Shown here: positions 1 to 9,840 of the stretch, piece by piece
Layout of the letters: the number at the start of each line of letters is the position of its first letter
Numbering within the stretch: the stretch's first letter is position 1
Origin: Chthonomonadales bacterium
GTDB taxonomy: Bacteria; Armatimonadota; Chthonomonadetes; Chthonomonadales; CAJBBX01
Reading direction: 5' to 3'
Length of the DNA: 64,000 nt
Assembly: GCA_037443035.1 (NCBI GenBank)
Contig: JBBIPC010000007.1
Location: forward strand, 72,876 to 136,875
Program-made: the position numbers and the translations under genes
Notes under the pieces: generated by a model
What the model was told of the DNA's origin: nothing
Seen by the model: the letters and a program-made list of their open reading frames with translations, nothing else
The model's database searches: none

Positions 1-2114
1 TCGAAAATGGCGCGGAATATGCCGTTACCTTCCAACAGCGTGATGGTGCAGGCCAGCCCCGCAGCCCGACGCGGAATAGCCTTGGCGCCTGATACACGGA
101 CCCGCGGATAGAACCAGGGATCGCCTGTTGGCGTCGCCTCGAAAACAATGCCGCCATTCTCCCGAACCGCTGTGGGTTGTCGACCGCCCGATACCAGAAG
201 CTCCCATGAGGCAGGATCTTCGGCTCCCGCCAGAGGGGTCCCGCGCTTGACCGCAAGAGCACTCGAGTCCGGAGCGACCCGAACGGACGCCACCGGCCTT
301 CCTGCCGTGCCAAAATCACCTCGGAACTGAATGCTTTCGACGGTTCGTCCGCCTGCGCCGAGGGGGATCAGTCGGAAGGTCAGTTCCAGCCGCTCCATGG
401 GTTCCAGGCGAACTCTGTCCTGCATCTCCACCTTCCATCCTCGCGGAGGCCGCACCTGGATCCGGCCTTCCGCCGGCTGCGCACCGAAGTTGTACACCGC
501 CAGCTTCCCCTCCGTGGGCTGCGAACCGGAGACGCGGTAGGCTGACGCCCACAGAAGCGTCTGCTGCTCGGTGAAGAGCGGCTGGAACACGATGGATGAC
601 GGCTTCCCTACGGCGCGTCGAGGTCTCGGTGGTGGTGCATCGAGGTGAAGAAGCTGACCCGCTTCGCTCGGCAGCACTACGAACACCGGCGCAGTCGTAA
701 GGCTGAGGCGTGACGCCACGTTCAGCGACCTGCCGAGATGGTCGGCCACGGCGAGGGGTGCGACCGGGACTTCCAGCGTGGCCGTGCCACTCTTGGCCCA
801 CGCCACGACGACAACCCGTTCCTTTCCGTCGGGCCTGGCCCGAAAGGCATAGGCGTAGGCGTTGTCATCGGTCCGCAGACGGCCAAGAGCTTGCGCATCA
901 GCCAAGAACCGCCCCACTGCTGCAAGCGCCACGTACGCCGGTCTCGGCGTCAGGTCCCGGCGGATGATTCCGAACTGGGTCTGCCCCTCAACGTAATGTC
1001 CGAGTATGAAGTAGAACGTCGCTGCAGCACCTTCGTGGAGCGAGCCAGCGAACACTTTGGCTATGCGACGAGACTGTTCTCGCAGATCTTCATCCGACAG
1101 CTCCTGGAGCTTCGGATCGCCGGACCATCGCACGGGCATCGCACATTCGGTGACCCACAGAGGACGTCCCGCTGAGATGGACCGGTGGTCCGCATACACC
1201 TGCGGATAGCCTTCGAACGCCACGTAATGGTGCAGGTTGTACGTGTCGAAGTAGGGCCATGCTTCATTGTCGCGCAGATCATCGAGCTGCGCGCGAGCGT
1301 GCCCTGCGAACACGTTCAGGCATGCCGTGACGCCGGGATTGCCGGCCTTCAGACCGAGATAGGAGGCCTTCTGCATGGCGGCCATCTCGGCACCTGTGTG
1401 CCCGCCGAAGACCTGAATATCCGCTTCGTTCCACGGCTCGAATGCCCCTACCTGGCCCCTCCAGCGCCGCGCCATCTCCCGATAGAATCGGTAGGCATCC
1501 CGCAGATCGGGAGGGAAGCGCCGTCCGTCCTGTCCTGCCCACGCCGGTGTCGAGTGGTTCACTTGCAGTACTCGCAGGTGGGCACCGGCCTGGGCTGCCG
1601 CGGAAGCATCGTACTTGTTCCGATCCGCGAACTTGCCTCGTTCCGGCTCCATCTGGCCCCACGCCAGCCTGTCCCGCACATGGTTCACCCCAGCCAGCGC
1701 CGCCAGCGAAGCCACGCTCGCCATCATCTCCTCCGGATAGAACCAGGCCATGGCCACGTCCACCCCGATGGGAGACGTCCAGGGCGTTGGCGCCGCCAAG
1801 CGCTGCAGAACCGCCAACGAGATCCACTCCTCCGAGCCTTCCCTGCGCAAGCGGTACCATCCCACTGGCAGTTGCCCCAGGTCTGCGGATGCTGTTCCAG
1901 GGGGTATGTTGGCGATCGTTCGATCGTCGTAGTCCACCGCACGCCAGGCGCTTCGGGAGTCCGGCAGGCCAACGATCACCCTTTCCCCCGCGAGAAACAC
2001 GTTACCCGGGTGCCCAGGAAGAGGCTCAGGAATAGGACGAGGCGCTTCTGCGAGCGCCCCCATACTCGTCATGGCCAATGCTGCAACTGCCAGAGCAGGA
2101 AGTAACTCATGCAT
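1..2114 (-). CDS. Secreted clan GH-A (TIM-barrel) glycoside hydrolase; C-terminus lies beyond the left window edge
   Basis: The minus-strand frame is open from the ATG at 2114-2112 down to base 1. It has no in-window stop, so the ORF track does not list it, and none of the listed minus ORFs in 1-2114 share this frame. My translation begins MHELLPALAVAALAMTSMGALAEA (signal-peptide-like). It contains GH-A style motifs GAFEPWNEADIQ (acid/base NE) and GRPLWVTECAMP (nucleophile E). Confidence 0.7.
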   Translation of the reverse strand, partial: MHELLPALAVAALAMTSMGALAEAPRPIPEPLPGHPGNVFLAGERVIVGLPDSRSAWRAVDYDDRTIANIPPGTASADLGQLPVGWYRLRREGSEEWISLAVLQRLAAPTPWTSPIGVDVAMAWFYPEEMMASVASLAALAGVNHVRDRLAWGQMEPERGKFADRNKYDASAAAQAGAHLRVLQVNHSTPAWAGQDGRRFPPDLRDAYRFYREMARRWRGQVGAFEPWNEADIQVFGGHTGAEMAAMQKASYLGLKAGNPGVTACLNVFAGHARAQLDDLRDNEAWPYFDTYNLHHYVAFEGYPQVYADHRSISAGRPLWVTECAMPVRWSGDPKLQELSDEDLREQSRRIAKVFAGSLHEGAAATFYFILGHYVEGQTQFGIIRRDLTPRPAYVALAAVGRFLADAQALGRLRTDDNAYAYAFRARPDGKERVVVVAWAKSGTATLEVPVAPLAVADHLGRSLNVASRLSLTTAPVFVVLPSEAGQLLHLDAPPPRPRRAVGKPSSIVFQPLFTEQQTLLWASAYRVSGSQPTEGKLAVYNFGAQPAEGRIQVRPPRGWKVEMQDRVRLEPMERLELTFRLIPLGAGGRTVESIQFRGDFGTAGRPVASVRVAPDSSALAVKRGTPLAGAEDPASWELLVSGGRQPTAVRENGGIVFEATPTGDPWFYPRVRVSGAKAIPRRAAGLACTITLLEGNGIFRAIF

Positions 2115-2256
2115 AGCTCACCTCAGCGCTCGATCATGATGTCCTGACATCCTTCCATGCACGTTCAGCCAGCTCCTGCTCCTGGGGGTATGGCGGATCC
2201 GTGCGACAGGAATCTCCATGTGCGGTACGGAAAAGCTGGTGAACCGTACCTCGCTC

Positions 2257-4224
2257 ATGGAGATTGCCATGGCACTGCTTCTCGTCCCACTCGCGCTTGC
2301 AGCTGCGACTGCCACCGACCGACCTGCGCCACGCATCACCATGTACGTCTCGAAGCTCGGCGACAACACGACCGGTCGTACTTGGGCTACGGCGTTCCGA
2401 ACCATCCAAGCCGCCCTGGATGCGGTGCCTTCCGGCGGAGGATGCCGCATCGTCGTCCGGCCCGACACCTACATGGAGGCGAACTTGGCGCCAGCCCACC
2501 CTGGCATTGAAGGCGCCTACAACGAAATCATCGGCGATACGGAAGGTACGTTCGGTGGCGGCCGGGCTGGCCACGTCGTCATCGACTCCAGCGACCCGGC
2601 CAGGGGCTTCAAGAGCTATGACTGGTGGGGCACCATCCGAGCCACGACCAAAGGTTGGTCCCCTGAACACACGGAGGAGACCTTCTCCGCCATCGGCTGG
2701 GACCGGTGGATCCTCCGCAATCTCTACGCAACCGGCGGAGACGGTGGCCTCATGTTCGATTGCACCAACCGCGTGGAACCGTTCAGTGTCGTCGTCGAAG
2801 ATTGCACGAGCATCGGTCGCGCTTTCGGAGGTGGTGTGGCGAGCTGTCTCTCGCGGCCGACCGAGCCCATCGTCTTTCGGCGATGCAAGCTGTGGGCAAT
2901 GGACTGGTGGGGCGATACTGCTGCAGCCTACGTGCGCGTGGAAAACCCCGCCATGCCTTCCTCACCGGATGTTGTGTTCGAAGACTGCACCATGGTGAGT
3001 CCGCAATGCGCCCTCAAGGCCGGCAACTACGGCTTCCACACGTACTCGCGCGTAAGCGTGCGCCGGTGCAAGCTCATCGCTCTCAACTTCTCCCAACCGG
3101 CTGGTACGCCGACCGACGGCATCATCCAGAGCGTCCAGCATGGCAGGTATCTGCATGTCGAGCTGGAGGACAGCACGCTCATGGGCTACAAGGTTTTCGG
3201 CTCGGCAGTGGCCAAGGACTCCTCAGGCGACATCGGCTACACGGTGCGGGGGTCTGTCCGCGCCTATGTCCAGTTCCAGCAGGACGTGCCGGCAGGTATG
3301 CACCGGCTCGGTCACTGGCCAACGGAGATCTTCACCGATCTGACACCCCCATCCAAGCGAAGCTTCCCTGAGGCATCCTCCCGGGTTCCTCGTCCCTTGC
3401 GGGTCTCTCTGGTCCGCAAGGACATGTGTGAGGTTTCGCCTTTCATCTGGAAAGGCAAGCTCTGCCTACTGGAGTGTCACCGCCCAGCGGCAGGGGGAAA
3501 GAGGGAGAACTACTACCTAGTGATACGAGACGTGGACAGCGGCACGGAACTAGCCCGCTTCGGCGAGGGGTACAGCCTGGCTTCGGCCTTCGTGTGGCGA
3601 GGCAAGCTGCGGGTGTTCGCATCTCGGCTCGAGAACGACACCTGGAACGACGTGACCATGTTCACCACAGGCGACCTGCGCACCTGGACCCATCGAGTCG
3701 TCATACGCCAAGATCCCTCGGAGCATCTCTTCAACAGCTCCGTGTGCCGTGGCGTAGACGGGTTTGTCATGGCCTACGAAAGCAACAACCCGCGATGGCC
3801 GCCATTCACCGTGCGGTTCGCACGCTCCCGGGACCTCGAAACATGGGAGACGATACCCGACGCTTTGCTCGGCACCGACCGATACGCCGCGTGCCCCTGC
3901 ATCCGCCATGCAGACGGCTGGTACTACGTTCTCTACCTGGAACATCGGACGCCACGCTGGTACTTCGAAACCTATATCGCCCGTTCCAGAGACCTCGTAC
4001 ACTGGGAGTCGAGTGCCGGTAACCCCGTACTGGAACCGCTGGAACTGGAGGACGGCATCAACGCCTCGGACCCGGACATCGTTGAGTTCCGCGGTCAGAC
4101 GCTGTTGTATTACGCCATAGGAGACCAACTTACGTGGATAAATATCGAACGGGCGGACTATCGCATGCCGCTAAGACGATGGCTCGCAAGCTGGTTCCGG
4201 CAAGGTGGCATCGCCACCAAGTAG
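2257..4224 (+). CDS. Secreted two-domain protein: N-terminal right-handed beta-helix (pectate-lyase/DUF1565-like) fused to a C-terminal 5-bladed beta-propeller glycosidase-like domain (GH32/43/130-like)
   Basis: ORF 2218..4224. An internal ATG at 2257 gives MEIAMALLLVPLALAAATA (signal peptide). The N-terminus reads YVSKLGDNTTGRTWATAFRTIQAALDAV..GGCRIVVRPDTY, followed by repeated xxEDCT/RRCKL rungs. The C-terminus has repeated S(R)DLxxWxx blades (SRDLETWE, SRDLVHWE). Family assignment is from memory of motif patterns only. Confidence 0.6.
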   Translation: MEIAMALLLVPLALAAATATDRPAPRITMYVSKLGDNTTGRTWATAFRTIQAALDAVPSGGGCRIVVRPDTYMEANLAPAHPGIEGAYNEIIGDTEGTFGGGRAGHVVIDSSDPARGFKSYDWWGTIRATTKGWSPEHTEETFSAIGWDRWILRNLYATGGDGGLMFDCTNRVEPFSVVVEDCTSIGRAFGGGVASCLSRPTEPIVFRRCKLWAMDWWGDTAAAYVRVENPAMPSSPDVVFEDCTMVSPQCALKAGNYGFHTYSRVSVRRCKLIALNFSQPAGTPTDGIIQSVQHGRYLHVELEDSTLMGYKVFGSAVAKDSSGDIGYTVRGSVRAYVQFQQDVPAGMHRLGHWPTEIFTDLTPPSKRSFPEASSRVPRPLRVSLVRKDMCEVSPFIWKGKLCLLECHRPAAGGKRENYYLVIRDVDSGTELARFGEGYSLASAFVWRGKLRVFASRLENDTWNDVTMFTTGDLRTWTHRVVIRQDPSEHLFNSSVCRGVDGFVMAYESNNPRWPPFTVRFARSRDLETWETIPDALLGTDRYAACPCIRHADGWYYVLYLEHRTPRWYFETYIARSRDLVHWESSAGNPVLEPLELEDGINASDPDIVEFRGQTLLYYAIGDQLTWINIERADYRMPLRRWLASWFRQGGIATK

Positions 4225-4275
4225 GTCCGTCGGCCTTCTCCGGCGACAGATTCACGCTCCGGCCGCCTCTGGTGG

Positions 4276-4818
4276 TCAGAGTGTCTGCATCTTGCGATAG
4301 ACGACCAGGGGCGGTTCTCCCTCCAGGTCCTCCGGATGGTAGCGCGGGAAGGGATACTCGAGTTGGCGCACTTCGACGGGAGACACCTTGGGGTCAACTA
4401 GTCCAAGGGCCACAGCGACGCCGTAGATGATGGCCTCCGGGCGCGGTGGACATCCCGGTATGTAGAAGTCCACCGGCACCACCTTCTCCACGGGTCCCAG
4501 CACGTTGTAGGTGTCGAACCAGACCCCGCCTCCGCATGCACATGAACCGATGGCGAAGACGAGCTTGGGCGCGGGCATGGCCTCGTACGCTCGGCGTAAG
4601 GCCTTGCTCGTGGATCTCATGGCCGGTCCTTGGCAGAGCATGACATCCGCATGGCGCGGCGATGCCACGAGCCGTATCCCGAAGCGCTCCGCATCGTAGT
4701 AGGGCGTCAAGACGTCGAGGACCTCGATATCGCAGCCGTTGCAACCGCCGCTGTTCGCATGGTAGACCCAGAGGGACCGCCCGAACAGTTTCTTGCAGAG
4801 CCCCGCCAGTACGCTCAT
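4276..4818 (-). CDS. Group-4 [NiFe]-hydrogenase small subunit (NuoB/HycG-like)
   Basis: ORF 4276..4992. The conserved part starts at the ATG at 4818 (MSVLAGLCKK), 9 nt after the upstream TGA. Motifs: GGCNGCDIE, GSCACGGG, IPGCPPRPE (proximal 4Fe-4S ligands of the NuoB/HycG family). Confidence 0.85.
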   Translation of the reverse strand: MSVLAGLCKKLFGRSLWVYHANSGGCNGCDIEVLDVLTPYYDAERFGIRLVASPRHADVMLCQGPAMRSTSKALRRAYEAMPAPKLVFAIGSCACGGGVWFDTYNVLGPVEKVVPVDFYIPGCPPRPEAIIYGVAVALGLVDPKVSPVEVRQLEYPFPRYHPEDLEGEPPLVVYRKMQTL

Positions 4819-4826
4819 CCTTGCCC

Positions 4827-5351
4827 TCAGTCCAACTCGATGGGTATATCCTCGACCGGTGGAAAGCCCGGTAGGAACGTCTCGGCCCGGAAGATCCACC
4901 GCTCGCTGGCTACGTCGTCGAAGCGATACCCCTTCAGCTTCAGCGCCTCCAACGGTGATGGTTCGGGGAAACAACGGCCACAACGCTGGCATGCACCCAT
5001 GAACAGCTCCAGCCTTTGCCTCAAGTCACCGATACGCGGCGTCGCCGTCTCGAAGTCCCGGCTCATGGTGATGGCCTTCTCCGGGCACACTTCGGCGCAC
5101 CGACCGCAGTAAGTACATCTCCGACCCAGGTATTGCAGTATCCGGATCTCCTGGCAAACGTCTACCACGAGAATCTCCCGGGCCGGGCAGTTGTTCGCAC
5201 AGCCTGCACAACCGATGCAGCGGTTGGCATCGAAGATGGGGCGTCCCCGGAAACCCTCCGGCGTCGGTCGAGGAACGGCCGGATAGGGAAGCGTCACACG
5301 TCCCGCTTGCAGACAGATCACCGCTTCACGCACTTTGGAAAGTAGCGACAT
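4827..5351 (-). CDS. 4Fe-4S ferredoxin-type subunit (HycF/NuoI-like)
   Basis: ORF 4827..5489 with an internal ATG at 5351 (MSLLSKV), 11 nt after the upstream stop. Cys clusters: CIGCAGCANNCP, CTYCGRCAEVCP, and an extra CQRCGRC. Confidence 0.8.
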   Translation of the reverse strand: MSLLSKVREAVICLQAGRVTLPYPAVPRPTPEGFRGRPIFDANRCIGCAGCANNCPAREILVVDVCQEIRILQYLGRRCTYCGRCAEVCPEKAITMSRDFETATPRIGDLRQRLELFMGACQRCGRCFPEPSPLEALKLKGYRFDDVASERWIFRAETFLPGFPPVEDIPIELD

Positions 5352-5361
5352 TACCCGATCC

Positions 5362-6276
5362 TCAGTACCCCGCCACCGCCAGCACGAGCGCTGCCAGCGA
5401 CGCCGCCAATAGCGCCGAATAGCGCCCGAGAGCCTGGTCAATCCGGATGCGGGCGTGCACGGTTGCCAGGAGCGCCACACCCAGGACAACAGCCAGCACT
5501 TTCAGCCAGTGGATGGGCCACGCGTACACTGCAGCCAGGTCCGCCCCCCACGGCGCGAACAGCCCGATGAACAGGCTCGCATACACCACCAGCTTGGCCA
5601 TGGCAGCGTAACGCAGGAGCGCCAGCTTCGGACCGGAGTACTCCGCCAGGGGACCTTCCATGATCTCTGTCTCAGCCTCGGTTGTGTCGAACGGCTGCTT
5701 CTGAGCGTAAGCCTGCAAGCCCAGCACCATGACAATGAGCAACAGAATGCCGGACACCGTCACGCCTCCGCCCCCGTAGACGGACCCGTCCAGGAGTACC
5801 TGCAGACGGAGCGTGTGCGACTGGACGGCACCTACAAGAACAGCAAACGCGAACAACGGCTCCAGCACAACGACAGCCATCATCTCGCGGCTGACTCCCA
5901 CCATGGAGTACGGTGATCCCGCCGCGAGCCCTGCGAAGGCCGTGGTGGCTGCACAGAGCGTCAGAACGTAGAGCAGCAGGATGCCGTCGGCGTAGCGAGC
6001 CAGCGGCACTCCGAGACCCATGGGGGTCAAGCAGGCGGCTGTCAGGACGGACGCCAACGCAAGGATGGCCGAAGCTCGCTGCGCGGCCGGCACTTCGCCG
6101 CTCTCGATGTCCTCCTTCCCCAATAGCTTCAGGAGATCTACGTAGCTCTGCGTTATGGGCGGCCCCTGCCGCGAGTGGATGCGGGCGACCAACTTCCGCA
6201 TGAGGCCGTCCAGCAGGGGGGCCAACGCCATGACGGCCAGCACGTTGGCGAGGCTTCGTACGACCGCGTCTATCAT
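5362..6276 (-). CDS. Polytopic membrane subunit (HycD/NuoH-like)
   Basis: 304-aa hydrophobic ORF. The N-terminus ...LMRKLVARIHSRQGPP is typical of the NuoH/HycD family. ATGA start/stop overlap with the upstream large-subunit gene at 6273-6276. Confidence 0.8.
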   Translation of the reverse strand: MIDAVVRSLANVLAVMALAPLLDGLMRKLVARIHSRQGPPITQSYVDLLKLLGKEDIESGEVPAAQRASAILALASVLTAACLTPMGLGVPLARYADGILLLYVLTLCAATTAFAGLAAGSPYSMVGVSREMMAVVVLEPLFAFAVLVGAVQSHTLRLQVLLDGSVYGGGGVTVSGILLLIVMVLGLQAYAQKQPFDTTEAETEIMEGPLAEYSGPKLALLRYAAMAKLVVYASLFIGLFAPWGADLAAVYAWPIHWLKVLAVVLGVALLATVHARIRIDQALGRYSALLAASLAALVLAVAGY

Positions 6277-7952
6277 CTTCGCCTCCCGCTGTCCCCAGCC
6301 GTCGCCAGTTCCTCAGGCGTCCAGATACTCACATGGCCCGTTCGAAGATCTAGCGTCTCCATGCGGTCCGTACACGAGAAGCACGGGTCAATGCTCCCCA
6401 GCGAAATAGTCATGTCAGCCAGGCGCTGGTCCTTGATCATGGCAGGGACGCCCTGTAGATTCTGGTACGTGGGCGCACGTACGCGCCACCGCCGCGGCCG
6501 GTTGTTCTCGCCTGTGATGAGGAAGTGATGGCTCTCGCCTCGAGGCGCTTCCACCGACGAAAGGCCGAGGCGCCCTACTGGCAGCTCATCCGAGATAGGC
6601 GTCTGCAGCGGGCCAGGTTCTAGCCTGTCCAGACACTGCCGGATAATTCGGATGGACTGGAAGACCTCCTCTGTGCGCACGAGCACTCGGGACCAGACAT
6701 CGCACCCATCGTGGGTTACCACCTCCATCGCGACCCGGTCGTAGGCCGCATACGGATGGTCACGCCGCACATCCCGCGGAACACCTGCCGCCCGGGCCAC
6801 AGGTCCCACCAAGCCCATCTCCTTGACCAACTGCCTATCGGCGATTCCCACACCGCGCGTGCGCGCCATGAGGTTCCTATCGCCCGACACCGCTCGGGCG
6901 GCAGCCGTCCATTCCTTCTCGAGGGTATCCAGCACTCCGCGCAGATCCTCGGCCACTTCCGCCGTAATGTCGTGGCGCACACCACCGACTAGACACAGAC
7001 CGTAGGTCTTGCGGTTGCCGCAGATCCGTTCAGCTATCCACATGATCGGTTCGCGGATCCGGAAGCTCTGCATGAACAGCGTGTCGAACCCGACGATGTG
7101 GCACGCCAATCCGACCCACAGCAGGTGGCTGTGGAGGCGCTCGATCTCCAACATGACCGTACGGATGTACTCAGCGCGCTCAGGTGGCCGAATGCCCGTT
7201 GCGCTCTCCACGGCCTGGCAGTACGCTACGCTGTGAACGCATCCACAGATCCCGCAGATCCGCTCGGCCAAGAACGGGATGTCGTCGTAGCCCATGACCG
7301 ATTCGGCTAGTTTTTCGATTCCCCTATGGACCATGAACCCCCGATATTCGCACCCCCGCACCACTTCGCCGTCCACATAGAGACGGAAGTGGGCTGGCTC
7401 GTCCAGCGTGGGATGGAACGGACCGAACGGTATGACCGTGCAGCCCTCAGGCGGATCTCCGAAGGGGTAGACGGCGTCTTCGTCGTAGTCGTCGGGCATG
7501 TGATTCCATGGGACATCCTTCCGCAAGGGGTGGACGCCCTCTGGCCATCCGTCCGGCAAGATCAGCCGTTTGGGATACGAGTGGCCGACTGGTTCGATGC
7601 CCACCAGATCCCTGAACTCCCGCTCCGCCCAACCCGCTGCCGGTACCACGGGCGTGATGCTGGGCACCGTAGGATCCGCCTCCGGCACAGCAGCGAGCAC
7701 GCTGCACAGAATGTGATCGTCGTCGTAGGCGAAGTCATGGGCAACGAGAAACATGCCGGAATACGGCCGGTCATCGGCGCCGATGCTGATCACATAGCGA
7801 GCGTCCTGGTCGCGGAAGATGAACCGGCACACGTCACGCAGCAGCTCCCTGGGAACGTGAACGTAGAGGCGGTTGTCCGATGGAAGCTCGGCTCTAAGCG
7901 TGGCGGTGGGAAATCGCTCCCGCAAGGCGGCCAGACGTTCACGCGCTACCAT
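6273..7952 (-). CDS. Group-4 [NiFe]-hydrogenase large subunit, fused NuoC-NuoD-like (HycE-like)
   Basis: 559 aa. The N-terminal NuoC-like part contains GWAEREFRDLVGIEP. The NiFe-ligand motifs are intact: RICGICGCVHS (C233/C236) and DPCFSCTDR (C524/C527). A 29-aa C-terminal extension follows the Arg. Confidence 0.9.
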   Translation of the reverse strand: MVARERLAALRERFPTATLRAELPSDNRLYVHVPRELLRDVCRFIFRDQDARYVISIGADDRPYSGMFLVAHDFAYDDDHILCSVLAAVPEADPTVPSITPVVPAAGWAEREFRDLVGIEPVGHSYPKRLILPDGWPEGVHPLRKDVPWNHMPDDYDEDAVYPFGDPPEGCTVIPFGPFHPTLDEPAHFRLYVDGEVVRGCEYRGFMVHRGIEKLAESVMGYDDIPFLAERICGICGCVHSVAYCQAVESATGIRPPERAEYIRTVMLEIERLHSHLLWVGLACHIVGFDTLFMQSFRIREPIMWIAERICGNRKTYGLCLVGGVRHDITAEVAEDLRGVLDTLEKEWTAAARAVSGDRNLMARTRGVGIADRQLVKEMGLVGPVARAAGVPRDVRRDHPYAAYDRVAMEVVTHDGCDVWSRVLVRTEEVFQSIRIIRQCLDRLEPGPLQTPISDELPVGRLGLSSVEAPRGESHHFLITGENNRPRRWRVRAPTYQNLQGVPAMIKDQRLADMTISLGSIDPCFSCTDRMETLDLRTGHVSIWTPEELATAGDSGRRR

Positions 7953-9840
7953 GGCGCTTCCCTTCTTTCGCGTCTCCCCACGTCCGCTTCAGCTCCGAGT
8001 AGAAGCCGTGAGCCGTGTAGCGAATCTCGTCGCCTCCTGTCGCGTAGCCACACAACCAGGGCGCGTCGCGTCGTCGGTGCGCTCCGCCCAATCGGGAAAC
8101 GAACCACGCCATTAGGGCCATCGCCGCCAGTACCCCAAGAATCGCCAGCGGTGCGTAGCCGGCGCCGTCGGCGGCCAGGCGGACGCCGAAGCCGGGGCCG
8201 CGGCGTATGGCTGTCACTGTGGCCAAGAGTCCTCCGACTCCCTGATGGGTAGCTGCGACGGCGTTGCCCGCCAGCCACACCAAGAGCGCTGGGAAGATCC
8301 CCGTGATGACGCACAGCGCCGCCAGAGCAAGTTGCGGAACCCGCATGAGCCACCCCACCTCGATCTTGCCACGCTCCCTGACTTGCGCTTCGACGACAGC
8401 GCTGCTCTGCCCAAGGAAACTTGTACCGAAGAACTTGACGAACGATGCCAGGGTGAGAGCACTCGTCATGAGCGCCAGGGCCGCGCAAATGGCCATGTAG
8501 GGTGCTGCAGGACTTGCGCGGAGGGCCGCCACGTAGACCATCCACTTGCTGACGAAGCCGTTGAGCAACGGAAAGCCCGCAATGGCCATGCTGGCTGTCA
8601 GGGCGGTCCAGGCGGTCAATGGCATGTGCCGCCACAATCCGCCCATGCGGTTGAGGTCCTGTGTACCGGTCGCGTCTAGCATGGATCCCGCATTGAGGAA
8701 AAGCAACGCTTTGAATACGCCGTGGTTGAACGAATGGAGCAGGGCAGCCATGAGCGCCAGGGCTGCGATCTGCCAAAGCTCCGGGTTGTCAGTCGCCACG
8801 AGCACCATGCACGTGCCGCAGGCCAACAGAATGTAGCCGGCTTGGCCGATGCTGTGGAATGCCAGTAAGCGCTTCGTGTAGTCCTGCCGCAGGGCGGCGG
8901 TGGTGCCAGTTACCATGGTCACCGTGCCAATGACCGCGATGATTCCGCCCCATGTGCCGAAGCCGAAGTCGGTCCGAGCGCTCGACGGCACGAGGCACAG
9001 GAAGTAGCGAAGCAGACCGTACACACCGGTCTTGATCATCACGCCTGAAAGCACCGCGCTGACCGGCGAAGGGGCCGCTGGATGGGCTTCCGGCAACCAG
9101 ATGGCGCCGAATGGCCACATACCCGTCTTCACTCCGAAACCGACCAGGAACAGACCGAACGCCAGCGCCGCTAGCGCCGGTCGCTCGTTCAGCAGCATGG
9201 GTATGCCGGCGGTTACTGCGTCGAAACTGTACTTCAGCTCGCCTGTGGAAGCGTGGCGGGCGGCAGCCTGCGCCAGTATCTCACCGCCGATCATCGTCGC
9301 GGCGCACCCTAGCTGCATCATGAGCAGGAAGCGGTTCGCGGCTCGGACGTTTTCTGGGCGACGGTACTCGAAGCGGATGAGGAGATACCCAGGGATGGTC
9401 ATCATCTGCCAGAAGATGAAGAGGAACCACATCATGTCCGTCGTGCTGACCAGCCCGTACATGGCCGCAACGAAGAACAACAGGTGGGGGTAATAGTGAC
9501 CCACGCCGTAGGACGCGAACCGACCCATGTGGGCGATGGAATGGAGTGCCGCAGGTACGGCAATGACAACGGCGAGCACAAGGAAGATGGCGGTCAACCC
9601 GTCCACGCTCACGAAGAGGGAGAATCCGAGCCGGGGGGCAGCTAGCAATCGCTCCGGCTTGCCAGATGGACCGTGGGCCAGGACTTCCATGGCGGCTGTC
9701 ATCACCAGCGCGGCTGTTGCCAGCACAATGAGGAACGCGAACCACCCCGCCACGACACGCCACCGGCTCAACGGAACGGAAATCAGCGATCCAACCACGG
9801 CGGCAACAATGGCGATGAGCACGAGACGCTCAGGAGTCAT
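7939..9840 (-). CDS. Antiporter-like membrane subunit (HycC/HyfB/NuoL-like)
   Basis: ORF 7939..9861, where the track start is GTG. The ATG at 9840 is preceded by GGAGGAG with a 6-nt spacer. About 630 aa, many TM helices, NuoL/Mrp-type motifs (WLPEAHPAAPSPVSA). Confidence 0.8.
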   Translation of the reverse strand: MTPERLVLIAIVAAVVGSLISVPLSRWRVVAGWFAFLIVLATAALVMTAAMEVLAHGPSGKPERLLAAPRLGFSLFVSVDGLTAIFLVLAVVIAVPAALHSIAHMGRFASYGVGHYYPHLLFFVAAMYGLVSTTDMMWFLFIFWQMMTIPGYLLIRFEYRRPENVRAANRFLLMMQLGCAATMIGGEILAQAAARHASTGELKYSFDAVTAGIPMLLNERPALAALAFGLFLVGFGVKTGMWPFGAIWLPEAHPAAPSPVSAVLSGVMIKTGVYGLLRYFLCLVPSSARTDFGFGTWGGIIAVIGTVTMVTGTTAALRQDYTKRLLAFHSIGQAGYILLACGTCMVLVATDNPELWQIAALALMAALLHSFNHGVFKALLFLNAGSMLDATGTQDLNRMGGLWRHMPLTAWTALTASMAIAGFPLLNGFVSKWMVYVAALRASPAAPYMAICAALALMTSALTLASFVKFFGTSFLGQSSAVVEAQVRERGKIEVGWLMRVPQLALAALCVITGIFPALLVWLAGNAVAATHQGVGGLLATVTAIRRGPGFGVRLAADGAGYAPLAILGVLAAMALMAWFVSRLGGAHRRRDAPWLCGYATGGDEIRYTAHGFYSELKRTWGDAKEGKRHGSA

